A stretch of DNA of 64,000 bases from Phyllobates terribilis (taxonomy: Eukaryota): positions 425,754,001-425,818,000 of the forward strand of contig NW_027362767.1 in assembly GCF_046119375.1 (NCBI RefSeq). The letters are read 5' to 3'. Shown one piece after another: positions 40,040 through 53,620 of this stretch. The translations under genes and the position numbers were made by a program. Numbering within the stretch: the stretch's first letter is position 1; every line of letters starts with the position of its first letter. Under the pieces are notes generated by a model, which searched no databases, was not told the origin of the DNA, and was given only the letters and a program-made list of their open reading frames with translations.

Positions 40040-41214
40040 TCCAGGAGAAGATTCATTTTAGGATAGGGCCCCAGCAAAGAGGATCTGGCTGCTGGATACA
40101 CATGAATTGGCCAATTTCTGTGCCAAGTATTCTCGTTTTTTCCCCCCATTTTCAAAAGAAGTAATGCAATTCTAATTTGACATATTTCATGTTTGCATAC
40201 TATAGCATTGCAGAGTGCCACTTTGTTATGTATGGAGATGGCTGCTCTTAGTTTGCACCTGTACACACCTGTTTTCTGTTTGGAAGTGACGGTCAGTCTT
40301 TTGTATAGGGCATATACTGGCCTGAGCTCTGTCTACGCCCTGCGGTATACGGATACAGACACCAATCACCTCATTTCCCGGCAGGTCGTACTGTAAAAAC
40401 CAGATTCTCCTCCCTGTGACTGTAGAAAGCGGAGGTCTCTGTGCTCCATGGAGAAAAATCTACTTACTGTGCAGCCGAGAGTGAATCCATGCACGGTGTG
40501 AGCAGCGACCACGCCTGGGCCGCGCTCCGATAAGAGGCCTTATCTCACCATTAAGTAACGAGGCCGCCCGTATCTAACCTGCTCTCTCCTCCCGATGTAA
40601 GCGATATTACATCAGGCCTGGTCCATAGCACGGCTGCCCTCCCGCAGCATCACAGCCCCCGTCCGCCTCCCGAGGACCTCTGCCGCCCGAGGACCTCCGT
40701 CAATCCCGCTTTTGTGCTGGTGTGTTAGCTCTTTGTCTGATATTTTTCTGCTGCCGCTCTTGGTGCCCCAGACGGCACCGGGTCACGTGAATACCAACTG
40801 GGTTCACGCCAACAAGTGCAACTCTGAAAGCCGGACCGTAGGGGCTCTCCGACGCCAAATAGGATCCAAATCATTTCTGAAATTAAATTACTTTTTTTTT
40901 TTTTTTAAATCTGAGCTCCGGAGCGATAATATATTGCATCTCCACCAGTCAATCGATATTTAAAAGGGGACCCATCACCACGATTTACTCGTATAAACAG
41001 GTCCAAACTTTAGAAAAGTATGCCCCAGAAATGGCATTCTAAAATTTATACCCATTAGTTCTCAATAGGCCGGCAAACCTCTGGAAAATTGGTTTAACAA
41101 AAACACTTGTGCCGTATGCAAAGTGGGGAGAAACCCGGCAACCGGACGTATGAGGTTAGGCTGCTGGTGTGTGATGATCAAAACAACCCCGAAAAACCTA
41201 AAAAAGGACCTGTA

Positions 41215-41711
41215 AGGGTATGTGCACACGGTGCGGATTTGGTGCGGTTTTGATGCAGCGTCAAAACCGCAGCGGCCAGATGTTACAGCAGAGTGGATGG
41301 GATTTCTAGAAATCCCATGCCCACTATGCGTTTTTGTGCACCTGCGGAAACTGACATGAGGCACGTTTTTCAGATCCGCAGCATGTTTATTTCTGTTGCG
41401 GAAACGCATGTGGATTTCCCCCATAGACTTGCATTAGATGAGGAAAATCTGCATGCGTAAAAACCGCATGCGTGTTTTGTGTGCATTTCCGCAGCGGAAA
41501 CGCACACAAAACCGCTAGATGATGATCAATAAAGTTTGTTTAAAAAAACCTTATACTCTGAAACTCTGCAAATTTCAACATGAAAACCACATCAAAAAAA
41601 GCTTGCGGCAAAACCGCATGTAAAAGCCGCAAATAACCTAATTTGCATATTAGGTGCGGAAATGGTGCAGCGTCAAAACCGCAGCAAATCCGCACCGTGT
41701 GCACATACCCT
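41215..41711. mobile_element. MITE (AGGGTATGTGCACACGGTGCGGATTTG TIR)
   Basis: Matching ~27-bp terminal inverted repeats; internal gcggttt/aaaaccgc motifs. Confidence 0.8.
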
Positions 41712-43300
41712 AAATCATCCACTCCACATGTCATTGTATACGTCATCCATAGGCCGCTCAGTCGCGCACGTTCGCAGTATAACATTGCACTGGTGCATGC
41801 GCAAAGTAAAATTAATTCACCTGCGCAGAACAGGGGAAGCCCAGCGCATACTTCGTTTCTATGCTGTATTGCACAAGATTAAGGGTCTGATCTACGCTAT
41901 CCTCGTCAATCAAAGGACCCTTGAGCACTACTGACGCCCGCCGTCACCCACACTGATCAGATGTGAGAAGGTCCCAGGCCAGCGGATGGACAAAGAGGCG
42001 GAACAACACCGCGCCATACACTGCAGTGCGCGTGGCATTATGGTCTCTGTACACGCTGTACTTCCCAGAAAACCCCTTTAATGTGCCGTCTCAAAGGCAA
42101 GAGCTGTCCATATATCCTATTAGGACACATGGAAGTCAGAGAGGTACCTCAGGTGTGAGCCCCCGCCATACTCTGGAGAAAAGACTCATGTGCAAGAACA
42201 CCCCCCGCTCTGGAGGACAGGACCCATCTATGCATTTTATGGTCGGCCACTTGTTTGTAAACCCGGCATATAATCCTATATTTCCACAGCACCCAAATCC
42301 TCGCTCCCATAAGGCGCAACTAGACGTAGTAATGGGAATTTACAATATGCACGCCAGGTAGTATCACTGCGTAAGTAAATGAACCCACCAAGCCTCACCC
42401 CCCCCCCCAATCTATAGGGGTCCAGTTAAGGCCTCCATTAAAGGGTTACCTTCAGATCTGGCCTAATGGAGGGCACCTGGAATCACTCTGCCCGTCATTT
42501 TCTCTTGTTAAATTAATCCTTCCTGCCAGATCCCGCGGCAGCGGCCATCAGCCGGCAGATCTGAGTGATAACAGCTGCCCGTCTGCCAAGCCATTCTGTA
42601 ATAAGTGAGTCAGAGGCCGGACGCAGCGAGGGGGCACCGCGAGCTGCAACTAAATCCTTGTAAATCCACTGAGTAAGATATTAACTGGAAACAGACTGAG
42701 GAGCTGGGGCCATAATGGTATCTGCAGGGTCTCGAGGACTCATTGGAGGCGCCATCAGAGGATGGGAATCAGAGAGGTCCTGGGCTGATCACTGAGGGTG
42801 GACCCGTAGACCGTCTATGAGCTGACCCAGCCTCTCCAAGTGTCGGCCCCTTCATCTCATCGATTAAAGGGCATCAATAATGGGATCCCCACCGATCAAA
42901 ACTTGACATGTCATATTTTCACAGCCAATATGAACAAGCAAAGCTGCAGTGTAAAGCATGCAGGAAAAAAAATATAGGAGGTCTACTGGTAACGCATTGA
43001 AGCTGAGTCACCAATCATTAAAATAAATTATCGGACAAGTTCATTTCTAAACTTTTAGCTCTTTTTGAGTTAAGGATGGGTGCAGTTAGGTGAGACTACA
43101 CCTACTACTACCCCCACTATTATTCCGGTGCTTACCTGTCACAGCGCTAGCCAATGGAGAAGCAGCTTTGACGACATTTGATGACATCACATGGAGCTTG
43201 ACAGACTACCTGCGGAGAGCACATGAAGGGTTAAGGCCGGCATGAGAACGAGCAGTCTAATAAGTCTTCTTCATCGAGAATAATGTATATAATGGTAGTA

Positions 43301-43336
<36 letters not shown>

Positions 43337-45424
43337 TAGAAAAATCACAATACAGTCACATGGAAGCTGTCAGGTAACAGACCACTGGGAAAGGAGTTAA
43401 AGCAGATGCTGAGACTTGTAGTTCCCCGGCAGCTAGGTGGGGTCACGTTGCATGAGAACATACATTGTACACAGCGGATGACTGATCACATGAGGTAAAA
43501 TGATCTATATTGTTATATTTGGGGTCCTGTGTACAGCCTGTCTGGGCGCAGTATGGCGGCTGTCACGGGGCGGACAGCTGAGTCCGTGCTCCTCAGTCGC
43601 TGACTGCACAGAACAGGTGGATCCCTACGGGCCTTCTGTCCTCCAGACGGGATCGCGGCATCGTAAACTTCTCGCTTCCCCCTCATCACTGATGGCTTTG
43701 TCTCCCCCTCGTTCTCCTCCTCCGCCGCCATCAATGACAGAGGCCTTTTCTCTCCTCACTCCCCCGTCTCCCTCCTGACTGTCGCAGCTGCTGACGTCTC
43801 TGCCGGCCCAGATCATTGTCCTATTTACAGGATAAGAAAATCCCAGGCAGCCTCCATCGCTCGGCCTTCACCCCCGTGGTGCTGAGGCCTGCGGCCATGT
43901 CCACCCAGCGGGCAGCGAATGCGCACATTACACAGACCACAGGCACAAAACGATGCAATAAAGAAGAGAAGAGGGTTACATGGTACAATATGGGCCTCAA
44001 GATCAGGTCTAGGGCCACAGACACCAGATGAGGCACTAAGACTTTGCTACACCGCCGTCCAACTCAGAGATGGGGCCGACAGTGCGCCCTCATGACCGTA
44101 CACCTTAGACCGGTCGACAGCTATTACTTCCGATCACATGCCTACGTGGTTGAGGAAATAAACGGCTACCAAACACCTGCAGGGGCAAATTATCTCTCGG
44201 GCCACAAATAATGGGGCATGCTGAAATCCAACATGCCCAACCCTTCATTGCCCCAACATGTGACATAAGGAAAGAGTCAGAACACCCCCATAAAGATCAG
44301 ATGGCTGGTCTGCTTCTTCCTACGCGGAGTTTCCAGCTGCCATTCAATCTATACAGCCACCATTTCTCCATCAATCGTTGTTGCATTTCACCTACTCATC
44401 ATTAAAGAAGAAGCTTCGAGGATCCACCTCTCCAGGTGAGAAAACATAAAAGGTCAGCTGAGCCTTCATGTTTTCACTATGGGAAGAGCTAAGTATCCAG
44501 TGTTCAGAAGAGTCATGAGGCCCCCATAAGCATTCGATCATCCTGCAAAAATTTTAATCCAAAGAGTATGGAGGCCAAAGCCAAGTAAAAGACATAGTCT
44601 GACCAGGTGACAAAAGCAGCACCCGTGAAACCCGATATGGCCGACAATGGTAGCCTTCAACCAATTACTTCCCATCCTTGAAATTTAGCATTATGCGACA
44701 CCCTATAAAATGAATTGGTGACTATTTAGGACACAGATTAGGCAGAGTTTGCCACCAGCCACGTTTTCCTTTAGTCATTGATGACCCATTCTGAAGTAAA
44801 AGTCACAAAAAGGAAGAGAAAAATGTAAACAATACTGAATCCTGATCACAACAATGTGACTGATGGGACGCGAGCGCCAAGCTCCACAATGACTGACACT
44901 CAGCGAATATTCAATTGCGGGACACGGTCCAACAATGGTGGCCACCGATCTAACACCAGGCCGAGACCTCCAAGAGAAAGGTTTTGGAATTGGAACGTCT
45001 CAGTCAAAGTTCAATAAAGCGAATAAGTGTGACCAAAGAAATCATCAACCACAAAGAGGTTTCCACGAACAAGGGAGGATCTGCATTACATCCATCGACG
45101 GAGGTAAACGTGCTGGAATATTCGCTACGCAGCACGCCCCAGGGCGAGAAACAAGACTCCAACACTCCAAATACCATGAAAAGGGTCTATGATTTCTGTT
45201 CAGCTCAGAGTTAAAAAAGTACTGAAGACATTCATTCATTTGATAATGCAAAGTTCAAAGCTGCATTCCGAATTCTGCTGGTTGTTATGGGAAAGAGTCA
45301 GCAAACTTGTTGACAGATCCACCCCAAACAGTTTAGTAGACTACATTAGAGTTTATATTTACTATAGCAGATGTATTGTACAGAGCCTGGCGATCTGGTG
45401 ACCTAGAATGTGAATCACCAGATA

Positions 45425-46368
45425 AGTAATGTATGTACACAGTGACTGCACCAGCAAAATAGTGAGTGCAGCTCTGGAGTATAATACAGGAGGTAACTCA
45501 GGATCAGTAATGTAATGTATGTACACAGTGACTGCACCAGCAGAATAGTGAGTGCTGCTCTGGAGTATAATACAGGATGTATCTCAGGATCAGTACAGGA
45601 TCAGTAATGTAATGTATGTACACAGTGACTGCACCAGCAGAATAGTGAGTGCAGCTCTGGAGTATAATACAAGAGGTAACTCAGGATCAGTAATGTAATG
45701 TATGTACACAGTGACTGCACCAGCAGAATAGTGAGTGCAGCTCTGGGGTAAAATACAGGATGTAACTCCGGATCAGTAATGTAATGTATGTACACAGTGA
45801 CTGCACCAGCAGAATAGTGAGTGCAGCTCTGGAGTATAATACAGGAGGTAACTCAGGATCAGTAATGTAATGTATGTACACAGTGACTGCACCAGCAGAA
45901 TAGTGAGTGCTGCTCTGGAGTATAATACAGGATGTATCTCAGGATCAGTACTGTAATGTATGTACACAGTGACTGCACCAGCAGAATAGTGAGTGCAGCT
46001 CTGGAGTATAATACAAGAGGTAACTCAGGATCAGTAATGTAATGTATGTACACAGTGACTGCACCAGCAGAATAGTGAGCGCAGCTCTGGGGTAAAATAC
46101 AGGATGTAACTCCGGATCAGTAATGTAATGTATGTACACAGTGACTGCACCAGCAGAATAGTGAGTGCAGCTCTGGAGTATAATACAGGAGGTAACTCCG
46201 GATCAGTAATGTAATGTATGTACACAGTGACTGCACCAGCAGAATAGTGAGTGCTGCTCTGGAGTATAATACAGGATGTATCTCAGTATCAGTACAGGAT
46301 CAGTAATGTAATGTATGTACACAGTGACTGCACCAGCAGAATAGTGAGTGCAGCTCTGGAGTATAATA
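45425..46368 (-). repeat. 86-bp satellite array A, ~11 copies
   Basis: Unit gtaatgtatgtacacagtgactgcaccagcagaatagtgagtgcagctctggagtataatacagga...; ORFs at an 86-nt period. Confidence 0.95.
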
Positions 46369-47594
46369 CTCAGTAGAGGATTTTTGAGGCAATGTATGCA
46401 CGCCGTTGGCTCCATCTATATACAGACTACAGATGACGCAGTTATTACTCATCCTCACAGGCAGTAGACATGTTTATTCCTCTGTGGTAAACTCTACAGG
46501 AAGTCAGTGACGTGTTACAGGGTTTGCTGCTCTGAAGAAACAGGAAGTCCCTGGTGATTGTGACACTCCGGGGGCAGCAGGACCAAAATAAGGAGATGGT
46601 GACCAGTGTCAGGACAACACAGAACAATCAGTCTTCAGCGCTACTTAAAGGGGCGCTGGATCTATAGCTTAGATTTATCTCCATGTGCTGGAAGTAGGCT
46701 GAGCTATTGCTCCCTGTAATCAGCCAGAATAAGACTGATCCAGGGATTAGGCTGCTGGGAATGAATGTGGTGTGTGAGGTAATTGCAGCGACTCGTCATT
46801 ATTCCACTGAGCTGTATGACCATGGAAAGTGCCAGGGCGCAGGTCCCTGTGGTAATGCAGTGTAATGGAGGAATCAGGTGTGACTGGTACCTGGCCCCAC
46901 TGACTGCTGGGAAATATATACCTGATATCTCTATACATATATATGGTGGTGAAAAACTGCTGTAAATGCCTGAGCACCCACAGCAGCCAATCAGAGATCA
47001 GTTTTTATTTCAAAACCTGACCTGGAGACTTCAAACAAGGATTCTTATTGGTCGCTATGGGCAACGAGGCCTTGTTCTGTCAAAGACCATACAATCTATT
47101 ACCATTATATTGGGTGCGTCTATTTTAACATATGGCGCATCTTGTACGAAGCAAAAAGACGTTTCTCCTTTTAGTAAAGTGTTTTTCTAAAGACATATGG
47201 CAGCAGTCAATCAGAATGCTCCTTTTGCTCACAAAAGGGCTTCTGATAAATGAGAGCTGAAATCTGATTTGTACTTGTGTGTAGCAACCAAACATGGATA
47301 AAACCCGACCAGATGCAGCTCCAGTAAGGGAGAAAGTTTTTAAAAACTCCTATAGAAAGTCAGATATCTCCGAAATAATTCATGACAGCGGGAGCGCGGC
47401 GACGTGATTACAATTAGCCATAGGCACAGTGCTTTCTAGGAATCCTCTAAGAAACAATGAAAAGCTTATTTATTTAGGGCTTATTCACACTTATATCGGA
47501 AAATAGGGATCAAATACTTCTGAGGGCTAAAATCCAATGCCTAATGCAGCGTCCGAGGTGTGGAGAAGTTCAAAGCCCGCCATAAATAAAAGTC

Positions 47595-48215
47595 ATGTCC
47601 CGCCCCGCCACCAGGCGCTGCACCGAGCGCGGGTCTCCCCGCCCCACCACCAGGCGCTGCACCGAGCGCGGGTCTCCCCGCCCCACCACCAGGCGCTGCA
47701 CCGAGCGCGGGTCTCCCCGCCCCACCACCAGGCGCTGCACCGAGCGCGGGTCTCCCCGCCCCACCACCAGGCGCTGCACCGAGCGCGGGTCTCCCCGCCC
47801 CCCCAACACCAGGCGCTGCACCGAGCGCGGGTTTCCCCGCCCCACCACCAGGCGCTGCACCGAGCGCAGGTTTCCCCGCCCCACCATCAGGCGCTGCACC
47901 GAGCGCAGGTTTCCCCGCCCCACCATCAAGCGCTGCACCGAGCGCAGGTTTCCCCGCCCCACCATCAGGCGCTGCACCGAGCGCAGGTTTCCCCGCCCCA
48001 CCATCAGGCGCTGCACCGAGCGCAGGTTTCCCCGCCTCTCCATCAGGCGCAGGTTTCCCCGCCTCTCCATCAGGTGCTGCACCGAGTGCAGGTTTCCCCG
48101 CCCCACCATCAGGCGCTGCACCAAGAAAAGATTTCCCCGCCTCTCCATCAGGCACTGCACTGAGTGCAGGTTTCCCCGCCCCACCATCAGGCGCTGCACC
48201 GAGCGCAGGTTTCCT
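47595..48215. repeat. 36-bp GC-rich minisatellite, ~17 copies
   Basis: Unit ccccgccccaccaccaggcgctgcaccgagcgcgggtct-like; 12-aa periodic ORFs. Confidence 0.95.
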
Positions 48216-48639
48216 TAAAAGGTGTACAGCAAAGAAAAAATTTAGCAAAGGGCTCAGATATTTCCTCTGACTTGAGGCCTCCCAGGTCACGGCTTTACAC
48301 AGTAAACCCCATTCAGCCAGTAATTGGCTAATATGGGTCCCTCCGGAGGTCAGTGATTGGCTCATCGGCCATTTCTTAGCATTTCCTGTGCGTTGTGACA
48401 CGACCAGAAAGTAAAGACGGCAGGGACACAGCAAACTTTGGAAAGAGAATGACGACAGAGCAGTTAGCCTATTAGTTTTATTTTTTGGAAACCACTCAGC
48501 CTTTTGCCAAAAACTTTTTCCCCTACTTGGCAGCCCCTTAAAGTGTCATAACTGTGTACAGGGGATATCTGATAACAGAGGTGTAGCTGTAAAGGAGCTG
48601 CGCACCAGAGTCCCTTCCCTCCCTCACATTTGGTGACTT

Positions 48640-49485
48640 AGGCTATGTGCCCACGATGCAGAAATGCTCAGGAATTTTTCCTGAGCGTTTCTGCATCTCC
48701 CTGGCAGATGCGGATTGTGCATGCGGATTGTGCATGCATTTTACTGCCAGGGACATGCGGATGTGAAGCGTTCTTCACTTGCATTTCCGCATGCGGGTTG
48801 ACAAGCGCTTTACAAGCGATTTTAGCATCACTTGGAAAGTGCTTGTCAACTTGGTCACACTATAGAAATCCATGAAAACAGCATGGATTTATATACTGTG
48901 ACCGTAAAAAAATAAAAAAGAAGTCTATACTTACCTTCCGATGGCCCCCGGTGTCTTGTTTCCCTCTGTCCCGGCTGCCAGCAGCGCTACACTGAAGGAC
49001 CAGCCGACGTCAGCGTCACGTGACCATGACGTCAGCGCAGGTCCTTCAGTACATCACGAATTGTCGGGAAGGGAGGACGAGCGCACCGGGGTCCGTCAGA
49101 AGGTAAGTATGTATTTATTTTTTATTTTATTCTTTTTTTTTTACAGTACTATGGTACCCGGGTCTGGAGGAGAGTCTCCTCTCCTCCACACCCGGGTACC
49201 ATCCGCACATTGAAACGCATGGAATGTGCATCTACATATACAGTGATGCGTAATCCATGTGTTCTAATGCAAGTCAATTGCGGCAAAAACGCAGCGCTTC
49301 CGCAAAATAATTGGTAGTGCTGCGTTTTTTTCCGAAATGATAATCCGCAGCGGAAACTTCCGCAGCATGTACACAGCACATGCGGATTATCATTGGGGAA
49401 CATGGCAGGCCTTCTACCAAGCGTTTTTTAAGCGTTTCTGCCGCTGCGGAAACGCTTAAAAAAAAGCATCGTGGGCACACAGCCT
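48640..49485. mobile_element. ~850-bp MITE (AGGCT(A/G)TGTGCCCACGATGC TIR)
   Basis: aggctatgtgcccacgatgc...gcatcgtgggcacacagcct termini. Confidence 0.8.
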
Positions 49486-49896
49486 TACACTGGGACCGTG
49501 CTTGGGTCTTCACACTAACAGTTATCAGACAAGATGATATAACACAAACATACAAATCCATCATTAGAACAACTACTAGAATCATATTCCAATATCTCAT
49601 GTGTCTTCTGATATTTGAGGATTACAACCCCCAAGCCTGAGGCTGCACTACTGAGACACTGATAAAAAGCAGCATAAAACGTATCAAGCGCAAAAATGTC
49701 AGAGGCCGTGTGTGGATCCACATTGAAATTCTCACATGGAAAGGATGTCGATATTGTTTAATTCTCAATGACAACACTACATGTCACAAGTCAGCAGTGG
49801 AGCAGCCTCATGTTTGGATCAGTAACTTCAAATGATCAGATCTCTAAAATTAATTACGCCATGCTCACATACATTACATCAATTATCCTCTAGTGA

Positions 49897-51785
49897 GTAG
49901 TATACTCCAGAGCTGCACTCACTATTCTGCTGGTGCAGTCACTGTGTACATACATTACATTACTGATCCTGAGTTACATCCTGTATTATACTCCAGAGCT
50001 GAGCTCACTATTCTGCTGGTGCAGTCACTGTGTACATACATTACATTACTGATCCTGAGTTACATCCTGTATTATACTCCAGAGCTGCACTAACTATTCT
50101 GCTGGTGCAGTCACTGTGTACATACATTACATTACTGATCCTGAGTTACATCCTGTATTATACTCCAGAGCTGAGCTCACTATTCTGCTGGTGCAGTCAC
50201 TGTGTACATACATTACATTACTGATCCTGAGTTACATCCTGTATTATACTCCAGAGCTGCACTAACTATTCTGCTGGTGCAGTCACTGTGTACATACATT
50301 ACATTACTGATCCTGAGTTACCTCCTGTATTATACTCCAGAGCTGCACTCACTATTCTGCTGGTGCAGTCACTGTGTACATACATTACATTACTGATCCT
50401 ATACTGATCCGGAGTTACATCCTGTATTATACTCCAGAGCTGCACTCACTATTCTGCTGGTGCAGTCACTGTACATACATTACATTACTGATCCTGGTTA
50501 CATCCTGTATTACACTCCAGAGCTGCACTAACTATTCTGCTGGTGCAGTCCCTGTGTACATACATTACATTACTGATCCTGTACTGATTCTGAGATACAT
50601 CCTGTATTATACTCCAGAGCTGCACTCACTATTCTGCTGGTGCAGTCACTGTGTACATACATTACTGATCCTGTACTGATTCTGAGATACATCCTGTATT
50701 ATACTCCAGAGCTGCACTCACTATTCTGCTGGTGCAGTCACTGTGTACATACATTACATTACTGATCCTGTACTGATTCTGAGATACATCCTGTATTATA
50801 CTCCAGAGCTGCACTCACTATTCTGCTGGTGCAGTCACTGTGTACATACATTACTGATCCTGTACTGATTCTGAGATACATCCTGTATTATACTCCAGAG
50901 CTGCACTCACTATTCTGCTTGTGCAGTCACTGTGTACATACATTACATTACTGATCCTGCACTGATTCTGAGATACACCCTGTATTATACTCCAGAGCTG
51001 CACTCACTATTCTGCTGGTGCAGTCACTGTGTACATACATTACATTACTGATCCTGAGTTACATCCTGTATTATACTCCAGAGCTGCACTCACTATTCTG
51101 CTGGTGCAGTCACTGTGTACATACATTACATTACTGATCCTGAGTTACATCCTGTATTATACTCCAGAGCTGCACTCACTATTCAGCTGGTGCAGTCACT
51201 GTGTACATACATTACATTTCTGATCCTGAGTTACATCCAGTATTATACTCCAGAGCTGCTCTCACTATTCTGCTGGTGCAGTCACTGTATACATACATTA
51301 CTGATCCTGTACTGATCCTGGAGTTACATCCTGTATTATACTCCAGAGCTGCACTCACTATTCTGCTGGTGCAGTCACTGTGTACATACATTACATTACT
51401 GATCCTGTACTGATCCTGTATTATACTCCAGAGCTGCACTCACTATTCTGCTGGTGCAGTCACTGTGTACATACATTACATTACTGATCCTGAGTTACAT
51501 CCTGTATTATACTCCAGAGCTGCACTCACTATTCTGCTGTTGCAGTCACTGTGTACATACATTACATTACTGATCCTGAGTTACATCCTGTATTATACCC
51601 CAGAGCTGCACTCACTATTCTACTGGTGCAGTCACTGTGTGCATACATTACATTACTGATCCTGAGTTACATCCTGTATTATACTCCAGAGCTGCACTCA
51701 CTATTCTGCTGGTGCAGTCACTGTGTACATACATTACAGTACATATACCAAGTTACATCCAGTATTATACTCCAGAGCAGCACTC
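49897..51785 (+). repeat. 86-bp satellite array B, ~22 copies, opposite orientation to array A
   Basis: Reverse complement of the 45425-46368 unit. Confidence 0.95.
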
Positions 51786-53532
51786 ACTTTTCACAGGGAG
51801 TTTTTTTCAGATATATAATTCAGGAAATGCTCTATTTTGGGAGTTTCTCTTTTCCTGAAGGGCTCTGAACAGCTTTTTGTGCAGCCTTTTGATTGGCCAG
51901 TCCCTAGGTTGGAGCAGGTTCCATCAGACTCCACTTCACAGATGTGACCGCGCTGTATATTTTTTTTCCCACAGGCTTTTTCTTTCAAAAGCTGCAAGTG
52001 GTAAAAACAGTCTCAAGGCTCTGCATGTGAGCACAATATGGATTTCCTATAGAAATTAAAGAAGTTTTCCAGGAATGTTTGCAGAGGATTATGAAGCAGA
52101 TCTGCTCCCAATAACTCTGTGTGTGTACACCACCGTACAGCGACACTCCCTAGGGGGTATTATTACCCTGAACCTAGATCCATTCCCCCTCTGCTGCCCC
52201 CACTAGTGCCGGATTATTGGATGCATATTTAAAATATAAATTCCAGACTATCAGACCACCCGGACCACTACATACCGTACGGAAGGGATTATGTTGTGCG
52301 TTTCCAATGACTATAAGAAGTTGTGATGCCTCTAGCTTCATAGTTACAAGATCGGACCCCCGTCCCCCCAGTACACAACCCCATCCATATTACGAGCTAT
52401 GAGGCTCATTTTCGGGCCGGCCGGTGTTAACAGGCGGACACACGACAACATTTTTTTGGAATTTTTCCTGACACACAAGCTGCAAAAACCGACACATCCA
52501 CGAGACTATGACAATCCCTACGGTACAACGACCTGTATAACACACCGAGAGCCCACATGTGCAGCCTCACACCATAAGGCAGCGTGTCTGGAATCAGCTG
52601 AGAAGTGACTACAACTCCCACCACAAAGCTGAGAGTTGTAGTGCCACAGGTGGCATTGCTCAGGCTATAGGTTTAGTTCCCCTCCCCCCAAACGAGTGAT
52701 ATGTCGTATCCGCCATGACTGACCTGTACAGAGGGTCCCTGGCGGGCTCCGGGCTTCCTGTTGTGCTTCAGCCAACCCTGGGGTGAAAGCAGAGAGAGGA
52801 TTGGAGCCCCTCGCATATGGTACCCCCATCAGCTCCAGCCCTGCCACTATGGGGCACTCACTGTAGCTATTCCCTGCCCACCCCAAACTTTTTACACTGC
52901 CCCCCCCCAAATCCGTACCCATTATGGTTCCCCCCATAAGTTTACAGCTGCACTCCTTGGCCAGCCTATCCTGCCCCCTCCCATTACCTCCTGTACCAAT
53001 GCCAGCAGGGTGCAATCTTCTCTCTCTGCACAATCAGGTACCATCTGCTCCACCTCTTCTCTTTCACTGCCACCCCCCCCAGATGCTGATGTAACGGTCC
53101 ACTCCTACTATAAAAGTAACAAAACGGCCAGTACTAACTGCCTGCAGGGGATGTCGAGAGCCAGGGTGCACCCCAAGAATGGAAATCTGGGGGAAGATGA
53201 GGCCAAATCCAACAGCTGCTGCAAGAAAGAGGCAGGAAAAGGGGGAGATGGAGGCAAGAGAAGAGGGGAGAAGAGCCAGAAGTAATATGGAGGGGGTGAG
53301 GGCACACAGAAGGAAACAAACAGGGAAATGAGAGGGGACACAGCGTATCAATGGCCGAGCAGAGACAGATGACAGGAGAGGGAGACAGCAGGGAAAGAGG
53401 AGGGGGCGGGGAGGGCACAGGACGGCGGCAGATCGGGGGCAGGAGGCCGCGGAGGAGGAGGACGGAGCCCGGTGCCCACTGCTGTCTGTCTGCAGATGGA
53501 GACTCACTGAGAGAGGGAGGAGCCGGCCCAGG

Positions 53533-53551
53533 GCATTGTGGGTAGTGTAGT
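53533..53551 (-). promoter_or_regulatory. ZNF143/Staf-type motif ACTACACTACCCACAATGC just upstream of a minus-strand CA|GTGAGT donor (53507); candidate promoter/first exon
   Basis: Motif resembles ACTACAnnnCCCAnAATGC; GC-rich context. Confidence 0.4.
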
Positions 53552-53620
53552 CCTCATCCCCGCACAGGATTATGGGAGCTCCATCCCTGATGTCTGATGT
53601 GTGCGGTCTGATCTGTGCAG

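Noticed and set aside
43513-43734. Minus-strand ORF starting MMAAEEENEG, superficially like the RNF5 N-terminus
   Set aside because: No RING cysteines follow, the strand is wrong for a head-to-head RNF5, and the ORF ends after 73 aa.
45334-46493. Two phase-compatible minus-strand mini-exons (46493-46449 and from 45402) giving VYHRGINMSTACEDESPDRQALYNTSAIVNINSNVVY*
   Set aside because: Weak donor (gtaata), no recognisable protein and no upstream coding exons; needs RNA evidence.
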